A stretch of 64,000 nucleotides of DNA. Origin: an uncultured virus (IMG/VR IMGVR_UViG_3300047510_001499) (taxonomy: Duplodnaviria > Heunggongvirae > Uroviricota > Caudoviricetes). The stretch lies in IMG/VR virus record IMGVR_UViG_3300047510_001499. One strand, written 5' to 3'. A program made the position numbers and the translations under genes. The notes beneath the pieces are model-generated. The model made no database searches and was not told the DNA's origin. It saw only the letters and a list, made by a program, of their open reading frames with translations. Of this stretch, positions 28,726 through 38,710 are shown piece after piece (position 1 is the first letter of the stretch; every line of letters begins with the position of its first letter).

Positions 28726-29573
28726 AAAAAACATATATTATAGCAGAAATTGGTATCAACCACAATGGTGACCTTGATATCGCAAAGCGACTTATTGATA
28801 TTGCAGCCTTATCGGGATGTGATGCTGTGAAGTTTCAAAAAAGAAATCCGGATGTTTGTGTTCCTGAACATCAAAAGGGAATTATGAGAGAAACCCCCTG
28901 GGGAACTATGACATATCTTGATTACAAATACCGAGTTGAATTTGGTAAGGAAGAGTATGACCAAATAGATGAGTATTGTAAACAAAAAGGAATCGCCTGG
29001 TCAGCATCGCCTTGGGATATGGATTCTCTTGAATTCTTAAATCAATATGATATTCCATTTATCAAAGTACCATCTGCAATGTTGACTAATGATGAATTGT
29101 TAGAGGGTTGTGTTGCTACGGGTAAAAAAGTTATATTTTCAACTGGTATGTCAACCCAAGAAGAAATTAATCACGCTGTGGAAGTTCTTCGTAATGCAAA
29201 GGTAAAGTATAATAACCAATATGAAATTGGATTACTACACTGCAACTCTACCTACCCAGCTCCAGTTAATGAGTTAAATTTGTCTGGCATCAAAACACTA
29301 TCAGAAATGTATTCTGATTTTGAAATTGGATATTCCGGTCACGAATTTAGGTTAGGTACTTCGGTTGCTGCTGTTTATTTGGGGGCAAGTATTATTGAAA
29401 GACACATTACACTTGACCGAACAATGTGGGGTACTGACCATATGGCTTCGGTAGAACCTCAAGGTCTAATTAAACTGATAAAAGGAATCCGTGAACTTGA
29501 AGAAGCATATGGCGATGGTATCATCAGAGTAACCGACTCTGAAATGCCAGTTCGTAGTAAATTAAGGGGATAA
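28722..29573 (+). CDS. neuB: N-acetylneuraminate/nonulosonate synthase (no C-terminal SAF domain)
   Basis: IIAEIGINHNGD, DAVKFQKR, LHCNSTYP, GYSGHE, IERHITLDR, GTDH.AS. Confidence 0.92.
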   Translation: MKKTYIIAEIGINHNGDLDIAKRLIDIAALSGCDAVKFQKRNPDVCVPEHQKGIMRETPWGTMTYLDYKYRVEFGKEEYDQIDEYCKQKGIAWSASPWDMDSLEFLNQYDIPFIKVPSAMLTNDELLEGCVATGKKVIFSTGMSTQEEINHAVEVLRNAKVKYNNQYEIGLLHCNSTYPAPVNELNLSGIKTLSEMYSDFEIGYSGHEFRLGTSVAAVYLGASIIERHITLDRTMWGTDHMASVEPQGLIKLIKGIRELEEAYGDGIIRVTDSEMPVRSKLRG

Positions 29574-30367
29574 TGTATACATCATACTTTGATTATATAG
29601 AAAAATCAAAAATACATCAAACTGAATTTGATGTAACTAAATTTACATTAGATTTAAATGGTACAAATTTAGGTATAGAAGTACCTGACAACTATAATAC
29701 TTTAGTTTCAAATATATCAAAAAATGTATTAGAAAAAATAAACAATGGTGATGTAATAGATGATAACCTTTTAGTTAAAATAAACAATATGTTGGATGTT
29801 CCTGAAGTAATAGAATTGGGAGAACATTTTGCTAAAGAACTATCAAATAAATTATACGGAACTGAAGTTGTTGTTGAACACCTACACACATATAAAAACA
29901 AAATAACGGACCATCAAGAACAATCTTCTTGGTTATGGCACTATGATAATTGCGCAGTGGGTCAGATAAAAATTATGGTTTATCTTACACCAACTACACG
30001 AAAAAATGGAGCGTTTTTAACATTGGTTTTTTCAGATTCATTTTTTGCATTAGATAGTACAAAAACATCACCAACATCAATATCACCACCATTGTATGAA
30101 GATAGTAGAATTCCTTTATCAGAGATAGAAGAATTAAAAGCCCAAGGGTTTTTTGAATATTATGTAGAGGGTGACTTGGGAACTTTTATTGTTTTTAGTC
30201 AAAATATTGCACATAAAGCAACAATTCCAATTGAAGAACCTGAAAGAATTTGTATGATATATAATTTTAGACCATATCATAAAAAATTAAACAACCACAT
30301 TAGTAAAGAAGTAACCAAAGATTGGAATTTCAATGGTAATGTAAAAATATACAATTACGAATTATGA
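29573..30367 (+). CDS. PhyH-like 2OG-Fe(II) dioxygenase
   Basis: WHYD, KIMVYL, NGAF, H.A...R. Confidence 0.65.
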   Translation: MYTSYFDYIEKSKIHQTEFDVTKFTLDLNGTNLGIEVPDNYNTLVSNISKNVLEKINNGDVIDDNLLVKINNMLDVPEVIELGEHFAKELSNKLYGTEVVVEHLHTYKNKITDHQEQSSWLWHYDNCAVGQIKIMVYLTPTTRKNGAFLTLVFSDSFFALDSTKTSPTSISPPLYEDSRIPLSEIEELKAQGFFEYYVEGDLGTFIVFSQNIAHKATIPIEEPERICMIYNFRPYHKKLNNHISKEVTKDWNFNGNVKIYNYEL

Positions 30368-30918
30368 GAAAAATATTTATAGATTGTGGATACAATATGG
30401 GAGAGGTAACTTCTGATTTTAGAAATAAATTAGGAGATTCTTTTGAATATTACGCATTTGAAGCGAATCCTTACTTGTATGAAAAATACAAAAACAAACA
30501 TAATTTTTTATCACTTGAAAATAAAGCTGTTTGGGTTTTTGATGGTGAGATTCCATTTTATGTTGTTGTTGTTGACCGAGCTGGTAATGATAACAAATAT
30601 ACCGGAGCTTCTACTTTGATAAAAGAAAAATCAAATTGGAATATGTCTATACATCAACGTGAGGAGGAAGTTATAGTAGAATGTTTTGATTTTTCAAGGT
30701 TCCTATCAGAGAATTTTGAAAAAACAGACTACATAATTGTAAAAATGGACATAGAGGGTGCTGAATATGAAATACTTAATAAACTCGTAGAAACAAACAC
30801 AGCAGACTTTATGAATGAATTGTATGTAGAGTTTCACGATGAGAAGGTGGGATTATCAAAAGATAAAATAATTTCCGATTTAACGAATTTAAATGTAAAG
30901 GTACACAAATGGCACTAA
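30364..30918 (+). CDS. FkbM-family methyltransferase
   Basis: FIDCG.N.G, FEANP, KMDIEGAEY, VEFH. Confidence 0.85.
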   Translation: MRKIFIDCGYNMGEVTSDFRNKLGDSFEYYAFEANPYLYEKYKNKHNFLSLENKAVWVFDGEIPFYVVVVDRAGNDNKYTGASTLIKEKSNWNMSIHQREEEVIVECFDFSRFLSENFEKTDYIIVKMDIEGAEYEILNKLVETNTADFMNELYVEFHDEKVGLSKDKIISDLTNLNVKVHKWH

Positions 30919-31259
30919 AATGGGATGATGGTGATTCTCTAAACGAGTTCATAAAAAATAACAAAGAAAATTTAGTAAATTTTGATACTAAAACAATAAA
31001 AACAACCAATACCGATAAGGTTACAATATGTGAAATGACTCGTAGGATAGTTGATACTTTGGTTATTAATGACATTCACGAATCACATCCTGAAGTATTT
31101 GAGGAATTGATGTCCCGTATAAAGTATGTATATATTTCGGCTAAAAAAATGCAAAATAGAATATCGGAGTTACGCGGAAGTTCTGATGATTTATGGGAGC
31201 AGATAGATGCCGATTATGACATATCAAATAGAATTGAACGTATTCAAAAAATAAAATGA
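30909..31259 (+). CDS. Hypothetical protein
   Basis: 116 aa ORF coupled to neighbours. Confidence 0.55.
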   Translation: MALKWDDGDSLNEFIKNNKENLVNFDTKTIKTTNTDKVTICEMTRRIVDTLVINDIHESHPEVFEELMSRIKYVYISAKKMQNRISELRGSSDDLWEQIDADYDISNRIERIQKIK

Positions 31260-31939
31260 AATCAATATCGGATATTGTAGTTATTCTACAAGCAAGAATG
31301 AACTCCCAGCGAGTTCCTAAAAAAATGTTAAAACCATTTTTGGATTCAAACTTATTTGAAATCGCTATTAACAAACTTTTAAACTCAAAGGTAATACCAA
31401 AGGAAAACATATACGTTTCCGTATTTGAAGATGAGTTAAAGGATATAGCTAAAAAGTATGGTTTAAACATATACAATAGAAGTAAAGAATCTGCTAATAA
31501 TGACAACTCACTTCAAAAAATTTATGAATGGCATGATAAGTTACCATTCAAATACGTTATAAAAGTTAACGCATGTTCACCTTTGCTTAAAATAGAAACA
31601 ATTGATGGGTTTATTACTCAATTTATAAATCAGTCAGAAGATAATTTGTTTGGAGTTATTCCTATGAAAGATTATTTTTGGAATAAAGATGGTATGTTAG
31701 TTACACCTTGGCCAGATGGTCAAACAATTATGAACACTAAAGCGGTAGAGATAACATATAAAGCAGCTCACGTTTTATACGCTTCTTGTTTAGATTTGAT
31801 ATCACAAAATAGATTTATGGGTGATTTTCAAAAAGAGGGTGGGATAAAATTATATCCAATGGATGAGTTAGAATGTTTTGATATTGATTATGAGTGGCAA
31901 TTTAATCTAGCTCAAATTTTATATGAAAAATTTTCATAA
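31256..31939 (+). CDS. neuA: CMP-nonulosonate synthetase (acylneuraminate cytidylyltransferase)
   Basis: QARMNSQRVPKKML, CSPL, DIDYEWQF. Confidence 0.85.
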   Translation: MKSISDIVVILQARMNSQRVPKKMLKPFLDSNLFEIAINKLLNSKVIPKENIYVSVFEDELKDIAKKYGLNIYNRSKESANNDNSLQKIYEWHDKLPFKYVIKVNACSPLLKIETIDGFITQFINQSEDNLFGVIPMKDYFWNKDGMLVTPWPDGQTIMNTKAVEITYKAAHVLYASCLDLISQNRFMGDFQKEGGIKLYPMDELECFDIDYEWQFNLAQILYEKFS

Positions 31940-32636
31940 TATAATATATTCAAACGGAAAAATTAATTTACCTATGTTTAAATTTATAAAAGGTAATACT
32001 GATTTATTATCGGAAAATATATCTGATAAAAAAGTTCTCGTTCTTGGTTCAGGACCATCGGCTCGTGATATTGATTGGTCAAGTTATGATTGGGATGTTT
32101 TGGTAACTACAAGTTTTTTTTATTTAAATGACTATGTTGTATCAAAAAAACCAGTACATATAACCTTATCGGATTTAGTTGATTTAACCGACCCAAGACT
32201 TATTAATTTTTTAGATGAGAATCCACGATGTACAATTGGATTTGAGCCAAAAGTTCATCCATTTTACGAAGGAATTGAATTTCAAAACTTTTATAAAAAA
32301 TACGAATCCAGAATGATACTTTACAATGTTTTGGGTGGTAAAGAAGGTGTTGCTGGTCGTGTTTGTTGGTTAGTTCTTGCCTGTGAACCGAAAATGTTGT
32401 ATATTTGTGGTATAGATGGTATAAGTAAAGATAGAGAAAAAGACCCACAAAACTATTTTAGAGACCACATTGGTACTGCGGACCCGTATCCATATGATAC
32501 TTATTGGAAATCTTTTCAAGAGTTTGGAAATAATATTTATAGATTAGGTAGAGAACTAAACGTGGATATTAAAAATCTTGGTAAAGGAAAACCCTATAAT
32601 ATGATTACTAATTTGAGTGAAGAGTATGAATTATAA
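31923..32636 (+). CDS. Candidate sialyltransferase (GT42/GT29/Maf-like)
   Basis: VLVLGSGPS and LYICGID motifs; next to neuA. Confidence 0.55.
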   Translation: MKNFHNIIYSNGKINLPMFKFIKGNTDLLSENISDKKVLVLGSGPSARDIDWSSYDWDVLVTTSFFYLNDYVVSKKPVHITLSDLVDLTDPRLINFLDENPRCTIGFEPKVHPFYEGIEFQNFYKKYESRMILYNVLGGKEGVAGRVCWLVLACEPKMLYICGIDGISKDREKDPQNYFRDHIGTADPYPYDTYWKSFQEFGNNIYRLGRELNVDIKNLGKGKPYNMITNLSEEYEL

Positions 32637-33516
32637 AGAACTAACATATGAAACCGCAGTACGCGGTGATTTTGGTAATAAAATCGCAGATGAGTGGTCA
32701 AGGTGGAAATCTTATGAAAGAAAACGAAAAGAACAATTTGACTTTCCACTTGATGAATCAGCACTAAAGATTACAAACGAAGTACACAAAAATGGATACG
32801 TTGTAGTAAAGAATTTTTTTGACAAAGACCTTTTGCAAAAACTAAACAAGGAAACGCAAAATTATATATTGGAAGGTAAGTTTCAAAAATCAATGGCCGG
32901 TGGCGGGGTTGGTCGTGAAATTGAAATACGAAACTCTAATTTATGGACAACCATTGACCAACCTCTTTTGAATGTTGAGTCTCTTTGGGATGTTGCGTTT
33001 CACGATGATTTGGTTGTATTAGCAGCTAATTATTTCGGATGTCTGCCATATTTTGGTACCTGTAATTTAAGAAAAAGTTTTGTAAATGACTTAAAAGAAG
33101 ACCACACGCAAATATATCACCAAGACCCAAATAGTCCTCAATTTATCAAAATGTTTTTGTATTTAAACGATGTAGATGATATGGGTGGTCCTTTTTGTAT
33201 TGTGGAAGGAAGTCATAGAAATAAGTTTGAAGGTTGTTATGATAAATACCGATGGGATACTGATGAAATTAACTTAATATATGGTGAGGATAAGGTAAAA
33301 TATCTTACGGCTAATGTTGGGGATTTGATTATTGCAAACACCACAGCGTTTCATAAAGGTACAAAACCATATTCTTCCGATAGAACAATGATTACATTGG
33401 ATTGGGTTTTACATCCAGAATTTTTTAGTAATCCCGAATTCAAGATAAAACAAGAAAAATTTGATAAACTTCCAGATTGGAAAAAACCTGTAATGGATTA
33501 TCTAATTAAAGTATGA
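32626..33516 (+). CDS. PhyH-like 2OG-Fe(II) dioxygenase
   Basis: NGYVVV, YHQD, FLYLNDV...GPF..VEGSH, GD.II....FHKG, R. Confidence 0.82.
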   Translation: MNYKELTYETAVRGDFGNKIADEWSRWKSYERKRKEQFDFPLDESALKITNEVHKNGYVVVKNFFDKDLLQKLNKETQNYILEGKFQKSMAGGGVGREIEIRNSNLWTTIDQPLLNVESLWDVAFHDDLVVLAANYFGCLPYFGTCNLRKSFVNDLKEDHTQIYHQDPNSPQFIKMFLYLNDVDDMGGPFCIVEGSHRNKFEGCYDKYRWDTDEINLIYGEDKVKYLTANVGDLIIANTTAFHKGTKPYSSDRTMITLDWVLHPEFFSNPEFKIKQEKFDKLPDWKKPVMDYLIKV

Positions 33517-34679
33517 ATAAAATAACATTTTGTATTCCAAGTAAATCAAATTTGAGATACTTGAAAACAGCAATTCCATCTATTAGAAAAAATGCATATC
33601 GTAAAGACCACGATATTATTGTGTTTGTAGATTCGGATGAAGATGGTACAATTGAGTGGTTAAAAGAAAACGCTGAATCTTTGGGTGTAAAATACTATGT
33701 AAATCCTAATTTGGGTAGTTCATTATATGGTATTGGTAAAGCTTATGATTATTGTATTGATAAATCAGAAACAAATATTGTAATGATTTTTCACGCAGAT
33801 ATGATGTTGGGTAAGGATGCAGACTTACACGCTTTTAAACACCTAAAACCATTATCGGTTGTGTGTTCTACTCGTATTGAACCACCACTACACCCAAACG
33901 CAGGTGAAAAAATACTTGAAGATTTTGGGTTGTGGCCGGAAGAGTTTAAAGGTCAAGAATTTGATTCATATGTTGATTCTTTAATCATTCAAAACAAAAA
34001 CAAAACTACTGAAGGTGTATTTGCTCCGTGGATGGTTTACAAAGAAGACATTCAGTCAATAGGAGGTCACGACCCAATTATGCATTCGTGTAGAGAAGAT
34101 TCCGATTTGTTTAATAGATTTGTATTAAATGGTTACACATTAGTTCAGTCTTGGGACTCATTAGTGTATCATCTAACCGGCAGAGGTGCTGGTTCATTTG
34201 GAGGTGATGAAAAAAGACACGAGCAATGGAAACTTGATATGAACAATTCTACAAAAGAATTTATTCGTAAATGGGGATGTGGTGTAAAACACGATAAAAT
34301 GATGAAACCGATAGTTCCACACAAATACGATATAGAATTCAAAGTCACAAACTGTCAAACCCAACACCTTCAATTATTAGAACCTTGGTGTGATAAAATG
34401 AGTGTGGATTGTTCCCAAGATGTAATCAATCAATACATTCAGTCTGAACAGCCGAACACAAAATTTGATTTGACTAAAAGGTTCAATGTGAATGGAAAAT
34501 CAGACATTGTGGTGGAATTTGACGCATTACGACTGAATAATCAGTCATTTCAATTCATCCAAAATCTATCTGAAATTTTTGATTTTAACAACTTTGATAG
34601 TGGTGAGTACGAATTTGACATATTTAAAGTAAAGGTCAACCGTGTAAAACACTATGAAATGAGTCTTGTAAAACTATGA
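33513..34679 (+). CDS. GT2-family glycosyltransferase
   Basis: ITFCIP, DGT.EWL, HADM, GGHD, EDSD. Confidence 0.85.
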   Translation: MNKITFCIPSKSNLRYLKTAIPSIRKNAYRKDHDIIVFVDSDEDGTIEWLKENAESLGVKYYVNPNLGSSLYGIGKAYDYCIDKSETNIVMIFHADMMLGKDADLHAFKHLKPLSVVCSTRIEPPLHPNAGEKILEDFGLWPEEFKGQEFDSYVDSLIIQNKNKTTEGVFAPWMVYKEDIQSIGGHDPIMHSCREDSDLFNRFVLNGYTLVQSWDSLVYHLTGRGAGSFGGDEKRHEQWKLDMNNSTKEFIRKWGCGVKHDKMMKPIVPHKYDIEFKVTNCQTQHLQLLEPWCDKMSVDCSQDVINQYIQSEQPNTKFDLTKRFNVNGKSDIVVEFDALRLNNQSFQFIQNLSEIFDFNNFDSGEYEFDIFKVKVNRVKHYEMSLVKL

Positions 34680-34915
34680 TGTATTACATATTGTTAAAAG
34701 AGGATGATGTTAAAAATCCAAACTTTTCTCCGAATGTGTTGGGTGAGGTTTCGTTCAAAAACTTTTGGGCAGAGGATGGTTTCCGAGCTCTTCAACAAAT
34801 GATACAAAAGTATCCTGATAACCTTGATGAGGTAGTTATCAAAGACCAAAATAATAAATCTTATTCCATAGAACAATTCTTGGATAAACTTAATGGTTTA
34901 CGAATTATTCAGTAA
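34676..34915 (+). CDS. Hypothetical protein
   Basis: 79 aa ORF with overlapping start. Confidence 0.55.
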   Translation: MMYYILLKEDDVKNPNFSPNVLGEVSFKNFWAEDGFRALQQMIQKYPDNLDEVVIKDQNNKSYSIEQFLDKLNGLRIIQ

Positions 34916-34916
34916 A

Positions 34917-35078
34917 ATGGCAAAAATCAACATTCACCAATTAGACCGTTACACAACGGAATTTAAATCATACGAAAAAATCAATAAAAAAAATGGAAAG
35001 AATAAAAGCCAAGATGGCGAAGACCTTTTCCAATCATCGGGGAAGTCTCGTAGAAGAAGAGAGAGTAACGATTATTAA
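34917..35078 (+). CDS. Small basic hypothetical protein
   Basis: ATG 34917 right after upstream stop; Lys/Arg-rich. Confidence 0.45.
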   Translation: MAKINIHQLDRYTTEFKSYEKINKKNGKNKSQDGEDLFQSSGKSRRRRESNDY

Positions 35079-35149
35079 ATCAACTGACACCCACCATCAT
35101 ATTTTAGACCCATTTGATATTTTGTGGATAGTTCCACGAGAATTTATCC

Positions 35150-35158
35150 ATACTTATT
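35150..35158 (+). promoter_or_regulatory. Putative phage late-promoter motif (ATACTTATT)
   Basis: TAnTTAT motif upstream of endolysin. Confidence 0.5.
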
Positions 35159-35206
35159 AAGGTAGGGATAAATCTATCCTTTTGGTTTTTAAAATAGGAG
35201 TTTAAA

Positions 35207-36052
35207 ATGGCTGTTTACAAAAGAGGTGATAATAACGAATTCATCAAAGAAATCCAAAAAGCATTGGGTGTTGACCCAATTGGTAATTTTGGACCAAAAA
35301 CCGAAGATGCTGTAAAAGCATTTCAAAAGAAACACGGACTTACCGCTGATGGTATTGTTGGTGAATCCACATTAGTTAAATTGGGTCTCAAAGCTCCAGC
35401 AGCTCCTGCTGCTAAGCCCGCTGCTAAACCTGCAGCAGCCGCTCCTGCAAAACCAAGTGCTGCTGCAAAATACAATAAAGAATCTATTGAAAAAGCAGTA
35501 AAAGCAAAAGGATACAAGTGGTTTGAAGGTAAAGACCTTGAACTTAATATCGTAGGTGTTCGTAATTCAGATACAGGTACAAAAGTAACCAATGCTTTTG
35601 ATGATAGAATTACCGTATCATACAAAGAAAATGGTGTTTGGGTTTACAATGAATGGATGAATACTACCGACCCTGGTACTAAAGGTGTTAAAGAATATCA
35701 CAACGCAGCTGGTGTTGCAAGATTGGTTCCTGGTCAGTATGTTGACTCACACGCGTTGGGTCTACACCAAGGTAAGTATGAAGCCCTAAAACAATTTGGT
35801 AAGGTAAAAGTTTATCGTGATGCAAATCGTGATATGAACTATGATGAAACCAAAATCCAAGAAGGTGTATTTGGTATTAACATCCACAAAGCAGGTGCTG
35901 ATTCTACATTTGTAGAAAACTGGTCTGAAGGATGTCAAGTATTCAAAAGAGCGGCTGACTTTGAACAATTTATGACAATTGCAAGAAAAGCAGCGGCTGC
36001 TGGAAATAAGAAGTTTACTTATACTTTGATTGAATCAAAAGATATCGTTTAA
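35207..36052 (+). CDS. Putative endolysin: PG-binding domain, Ala/Pro/Lys linker, His/Cys (YkuD-like) catalytic domain
   Basis: G.FGPKTE.AVKAFQ...GL.ADGIVG; GINIH...WSEGCQV. Confidence 0.8.
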   Translation: MAVYKRGDNNEFIKEIQKALGVDPIGNFGPKTEDAVKAFQKKHGLTADGIVGESTLVKLGLKAPAAPAAKPAAKPAAAAPAKPSAAAKYNKESIEKAVKAKGYKWFEGKDLELNIVGVRNSDTGTKVTNAFDDRITVSYKENGVWVYNEWMNTTDPGTKGVKEYHNAAGVARLVPGQYVDSHALGLHQGKYEALKQFGKVKVYRDANRDMNYDETKIQEGVFGINIHKAGADSTFVENWSEGCQVFKRAADFEQFMTIARKAAAAGNKKFTYTLIESKDIV

Positions 36053-36114
36053 GATAGTTATTTAAAAGAGTTTTTTAAGAAGTTTCGGGTCAACAACTAA
36101 TAGGACTTGAAACT

Positions 36115-38034
36115 ATGAAAAAATTATTATTCCTTTTATTAGGGATTTTATCAATTGGTGCTGTAGCACAAAATGGTAAGACCGAGATATTAGTGGCTCC
36201 AAACTCAAACAGCCCATATATCTTGGTTGATACCTTGTTTACCCTTGAAGATACATCTGTAACTACGGATATTTACATTCACTTTGCAAATCCAACCGCA
36301 AGTAATGTAAAGGCAGTTCAGTTCAGATTGTTCTATGACAATACGAAGTTCTCAAATGTTCAGGTATTTTGGGGGCCAACCGCTCTTTCTATATCAGACA
36401 AGTATGGTTCCTTCTTCAAAAGTGGTGACTATGTGAATATTATTGGAACTTACACCGGAAACAATCAAAACTTTGATTGGTCTGATGGTGCTATGTTCAA
36501 AGTAAGATTAACGCATGGTTCGGCATATCAAGGTGTGGTAAACTCAATGGCTACTACCGGTACAACTTCATACTCAAACCTTGCTACTACTGGAAATGGT
36601 ACGGATGTTACTTTGGGATTATTCAATTATGGTGGCGCTTTCCAAATGCAACCAATCACATTCCCAATCAGAGTTAAAAACGCAGATGGTTCTGCAGCAC
36701 AAGGTGTTTGGTTTTCAGCATCAAAAAGATTAAAGTCAACTCCGCAAGCAACTTGGCAACCAATTACATCTGACTCAACAAACGCATTGGGTTTAGTATC
36801 ATTTACACATCCACTTGATACCTCATATTGGAATTTAAAGATTACTGCTCAAACCGACACTATGGGTGATGGTGGTGCTATTTCAATTACGGATGCATAC
36901 AAATTGGCAAACCACGCTTCAATGCAAGATACTTTGAGTGGTATTGAATGGTATGAAGGTGATATCAACCAATCACAAACAGCAACAATTTCTGACGCAT
37001 TTGCTGTGTTTAATAGATTGGCTCTTCAGTCTACGGATTGGGATGGTTTATTCACCGGCGTAAACAACGTATCGGTATTATGGCCAAATGAGTACACTAC
37101 TGCTGTATCAGCAACCGGTATTCCAGACTGGACTACTTCGCCAAGAAGATATCAAATTGATACTATTGTAAACTCACTTGACTCAATTAACCCATACATT
37201 TATGTAGTGGGTGACGCGACAACTACGGGCTATAACAACCCTGCGGTTATTATGGCAAAAATTGCAAACCCAGGCACCGGAACTGATTACATACTTGACC
37301 CAGCAGTTTATATGGTCAATAGAGATGACACGGTTCAATTCCGTATTCCTAAATTGGTAATTGCAAATAATCAAATGGAAGTTCCTGTGACTATGTTCAC
37401 ATTTGGTAATAAGATTGGTGCTGCTCAAATGGGTATTGAGTTTGATACTACAATCTTCCAATTTAGTTCTATCAAAGTTGGTGATGATGTATCAAAATGG
37501 ACATCATTAATTTCGGTAGAAAAGGGTAGAGTATTCTTCGCAGGACACGAAGACAAAATGAACCCATCGTTGGTTGAAACAATGACCAATCAATTTACAT
37601 TTGTATTTAATGTTATCAATCCAATTGGATGGCAGACTTCACCTTTGAGAATCTTTGATAAATCTGCTGGTAATGAAAAGGCAGAAGACCTGTCAGTTAA
37701 ACCATCACCAAACGATGGTTCGGTAGTGAATAGAAACTCAATGAACCCTGACCTTGCTGAATTGATGACCGGATTCAAAGTGTATCCAAACCCTGTTACC
37801 GACCTTACCGATGGTTGGTTAGTAATTGAACACTTTAACGAATATAGAAATTCTGACTTTACTGGTGTAATTTACAACATTAGTGGTCAAGTATCACAAG
37901 TTTACCAAACAAAGATTACCAACATTGGTTTCCAAGTACACGGAATAAATGTTAAGGACCTACCGAATGGAGTATACTTTGTTAAGTTAGTTACGGCGGA
38001 TAGAGAAAAAGTTGTGAAAATTGTTAAATATTAA
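36115..38034 (+). CDS. Secreted T9SS cargo protein with two cohesin-like and one dockerin-like regions
   Basis: Signal peptide; AVQFRLFYD and VPV...IGAAQMGIEFD cohesin-like; GDINQSQTATISDA EF-loop; C-terminal VYPNP...LPNGVYFVKL...KIVK type A CTD. Confidence 0.75.
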   Translation: MKKLLFLLLGILSIGAVAQNGKTEILVAPNSNSPYILVDTLFTLEDTSVTTDIYIHFANPTASNVKAVQFRLFYDNTKFSNVQVFWGPTALSISDKYGSFFKSGDYVNIIGTYTGNNQNFDWSDGAMFKVRLTHGSAYQGVVNSMATTGTTSYSNLATTGNGTDVTLGLFNYGGAFQMQPITFPIRVKNADGSAAQGVWFSASKRLKSTPQATWQPITSDSTNALGLVSFTHPLDTSYWNLKITAQTDTMGDGGAISITDAYKLANHASMQDTLSGIEWYEGDINQSQTATISDAFAVFNRLALQSTDWDGLFTGVNNVSVLWPNEYTTAVSATGIPDWTTSPRRYQIDTIVNSLDSINPYIYVVGDATTTGYNNPAVIMAKIANPGTGTDYILDPAVYMVNRDDTVQFRIPKLVIANNQMEVPVTMFTFGNKIGAAQMGIEFDTTIFQFSSIKVGDDVSKWTSLISVEKGRVFFAGHEDKMNPSLVETMTNQFTFVFNVINPIGWQTSPLRIFDKSAGNEKAEDLSVKPSPNDGSVVNRNSMNPDLAELMTGFKVYPNPVTDLTDGWLVIEHFNEYRNSDFTGVIYNISGQVSQVYQTKITNIGFQVHGINVKDLPNGVYFVKLVTADREKVVKIVKY

Positions 38035-38048
38035 TAAAAAGGAAGAAT

Positions 38049-38297
38049 ATGGCATTTGTAGACATCTTCAAAGACAAAAACGATTTTAATGAAAAAACAA
38101 TCGTGGGATTTCTGTCATTTTCAGTTATGGCTATCTTCGCCGGCGCTGATGTTGTAACAGGTATTATGGGTCAAGAGTTAATCATCTCTGACACTATTTT
38201 TAATTCATTCGTAATGATTACTTTGGGTGCTTTTGGTATTGCTGAAGCTGGAAAGATTTTCGGTGGCAAGAAAAAAGATGAAGAAGAATTAGGTTAA
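38049..38297 (+). CDS. Small two-TM membrane protein (holin-like)
   Basis: Two hydrophobic stretches, charged C-terminus. Confidence 0.5.
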   Translation: MAFVDIFKDKNDFNEKTIVGFLSFSVMAIFAGADVVTGIMGQELIISDTIFNSFVMITLGAFGIAEAGKIFGGKKKDEEELG

Positions 38298-38317
38298 TTT
38301 AAAATAAGGAAGAAGTG

Positions 38318-38710
38318 ATGTCAGAAGAACAACAAGAAGGCGGACTATCGGGTCTTAAAAAGACCATCCTTGGAGTAGCTGGAACTGCTGTTACAGGTTT
38401 TGGAATCTGGGCAAGTACAAACATCAATAAGATTTTTGGTGTAGAGGAAGAGTCGGATGTAAAAACTGAACAAGTTCAACAGGTTCAACAACAACCTGCT
38501 GCAGCTCCCGTGGTTATTAACCTTGAAAATAACAACACTCAACAGCAAAGTTCTGGCGGTGGTACTCATACAAGAGAAATCATCAGAGAAGTTCCTGCTC
38601 AACAACCTGCAGCAGCTCCCGCTCCTGTGGTTGAAAAGAAGGAAACTCCTGCTGAAAGAATCGCAAGACTAAAAGCTGAAAAAGAAGCTAAAAACGCGGG
38701 TGGTCAATGA
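38318..38710 (+). CDS. Membrane-anchored low-complexity protein
   Basis: N-terminal hydrophobic segment; two QQPAAAP repeats. Confidence 0.6.
   Translation: MSEEQQEGGLSGLKKTILGVAGTAVTGFGIWASTNINKIFGVEEESDVKTEQVQQVQQQPAAAPVVINLENNNTQQQSSGGGTHTREIIREVPAQQPAAAPAPVVEKKETPAERIARLKAEKEAKNAGGQ

Noticed and set aside
35079..35206. ncRNA or tRNA in the intergenic gap before the endolysin
   Set aside because: Only short imperfect hairpins (e.g. GTGGA-TAGT-TCCAC); no cloverleaf or recognisable RNA family.
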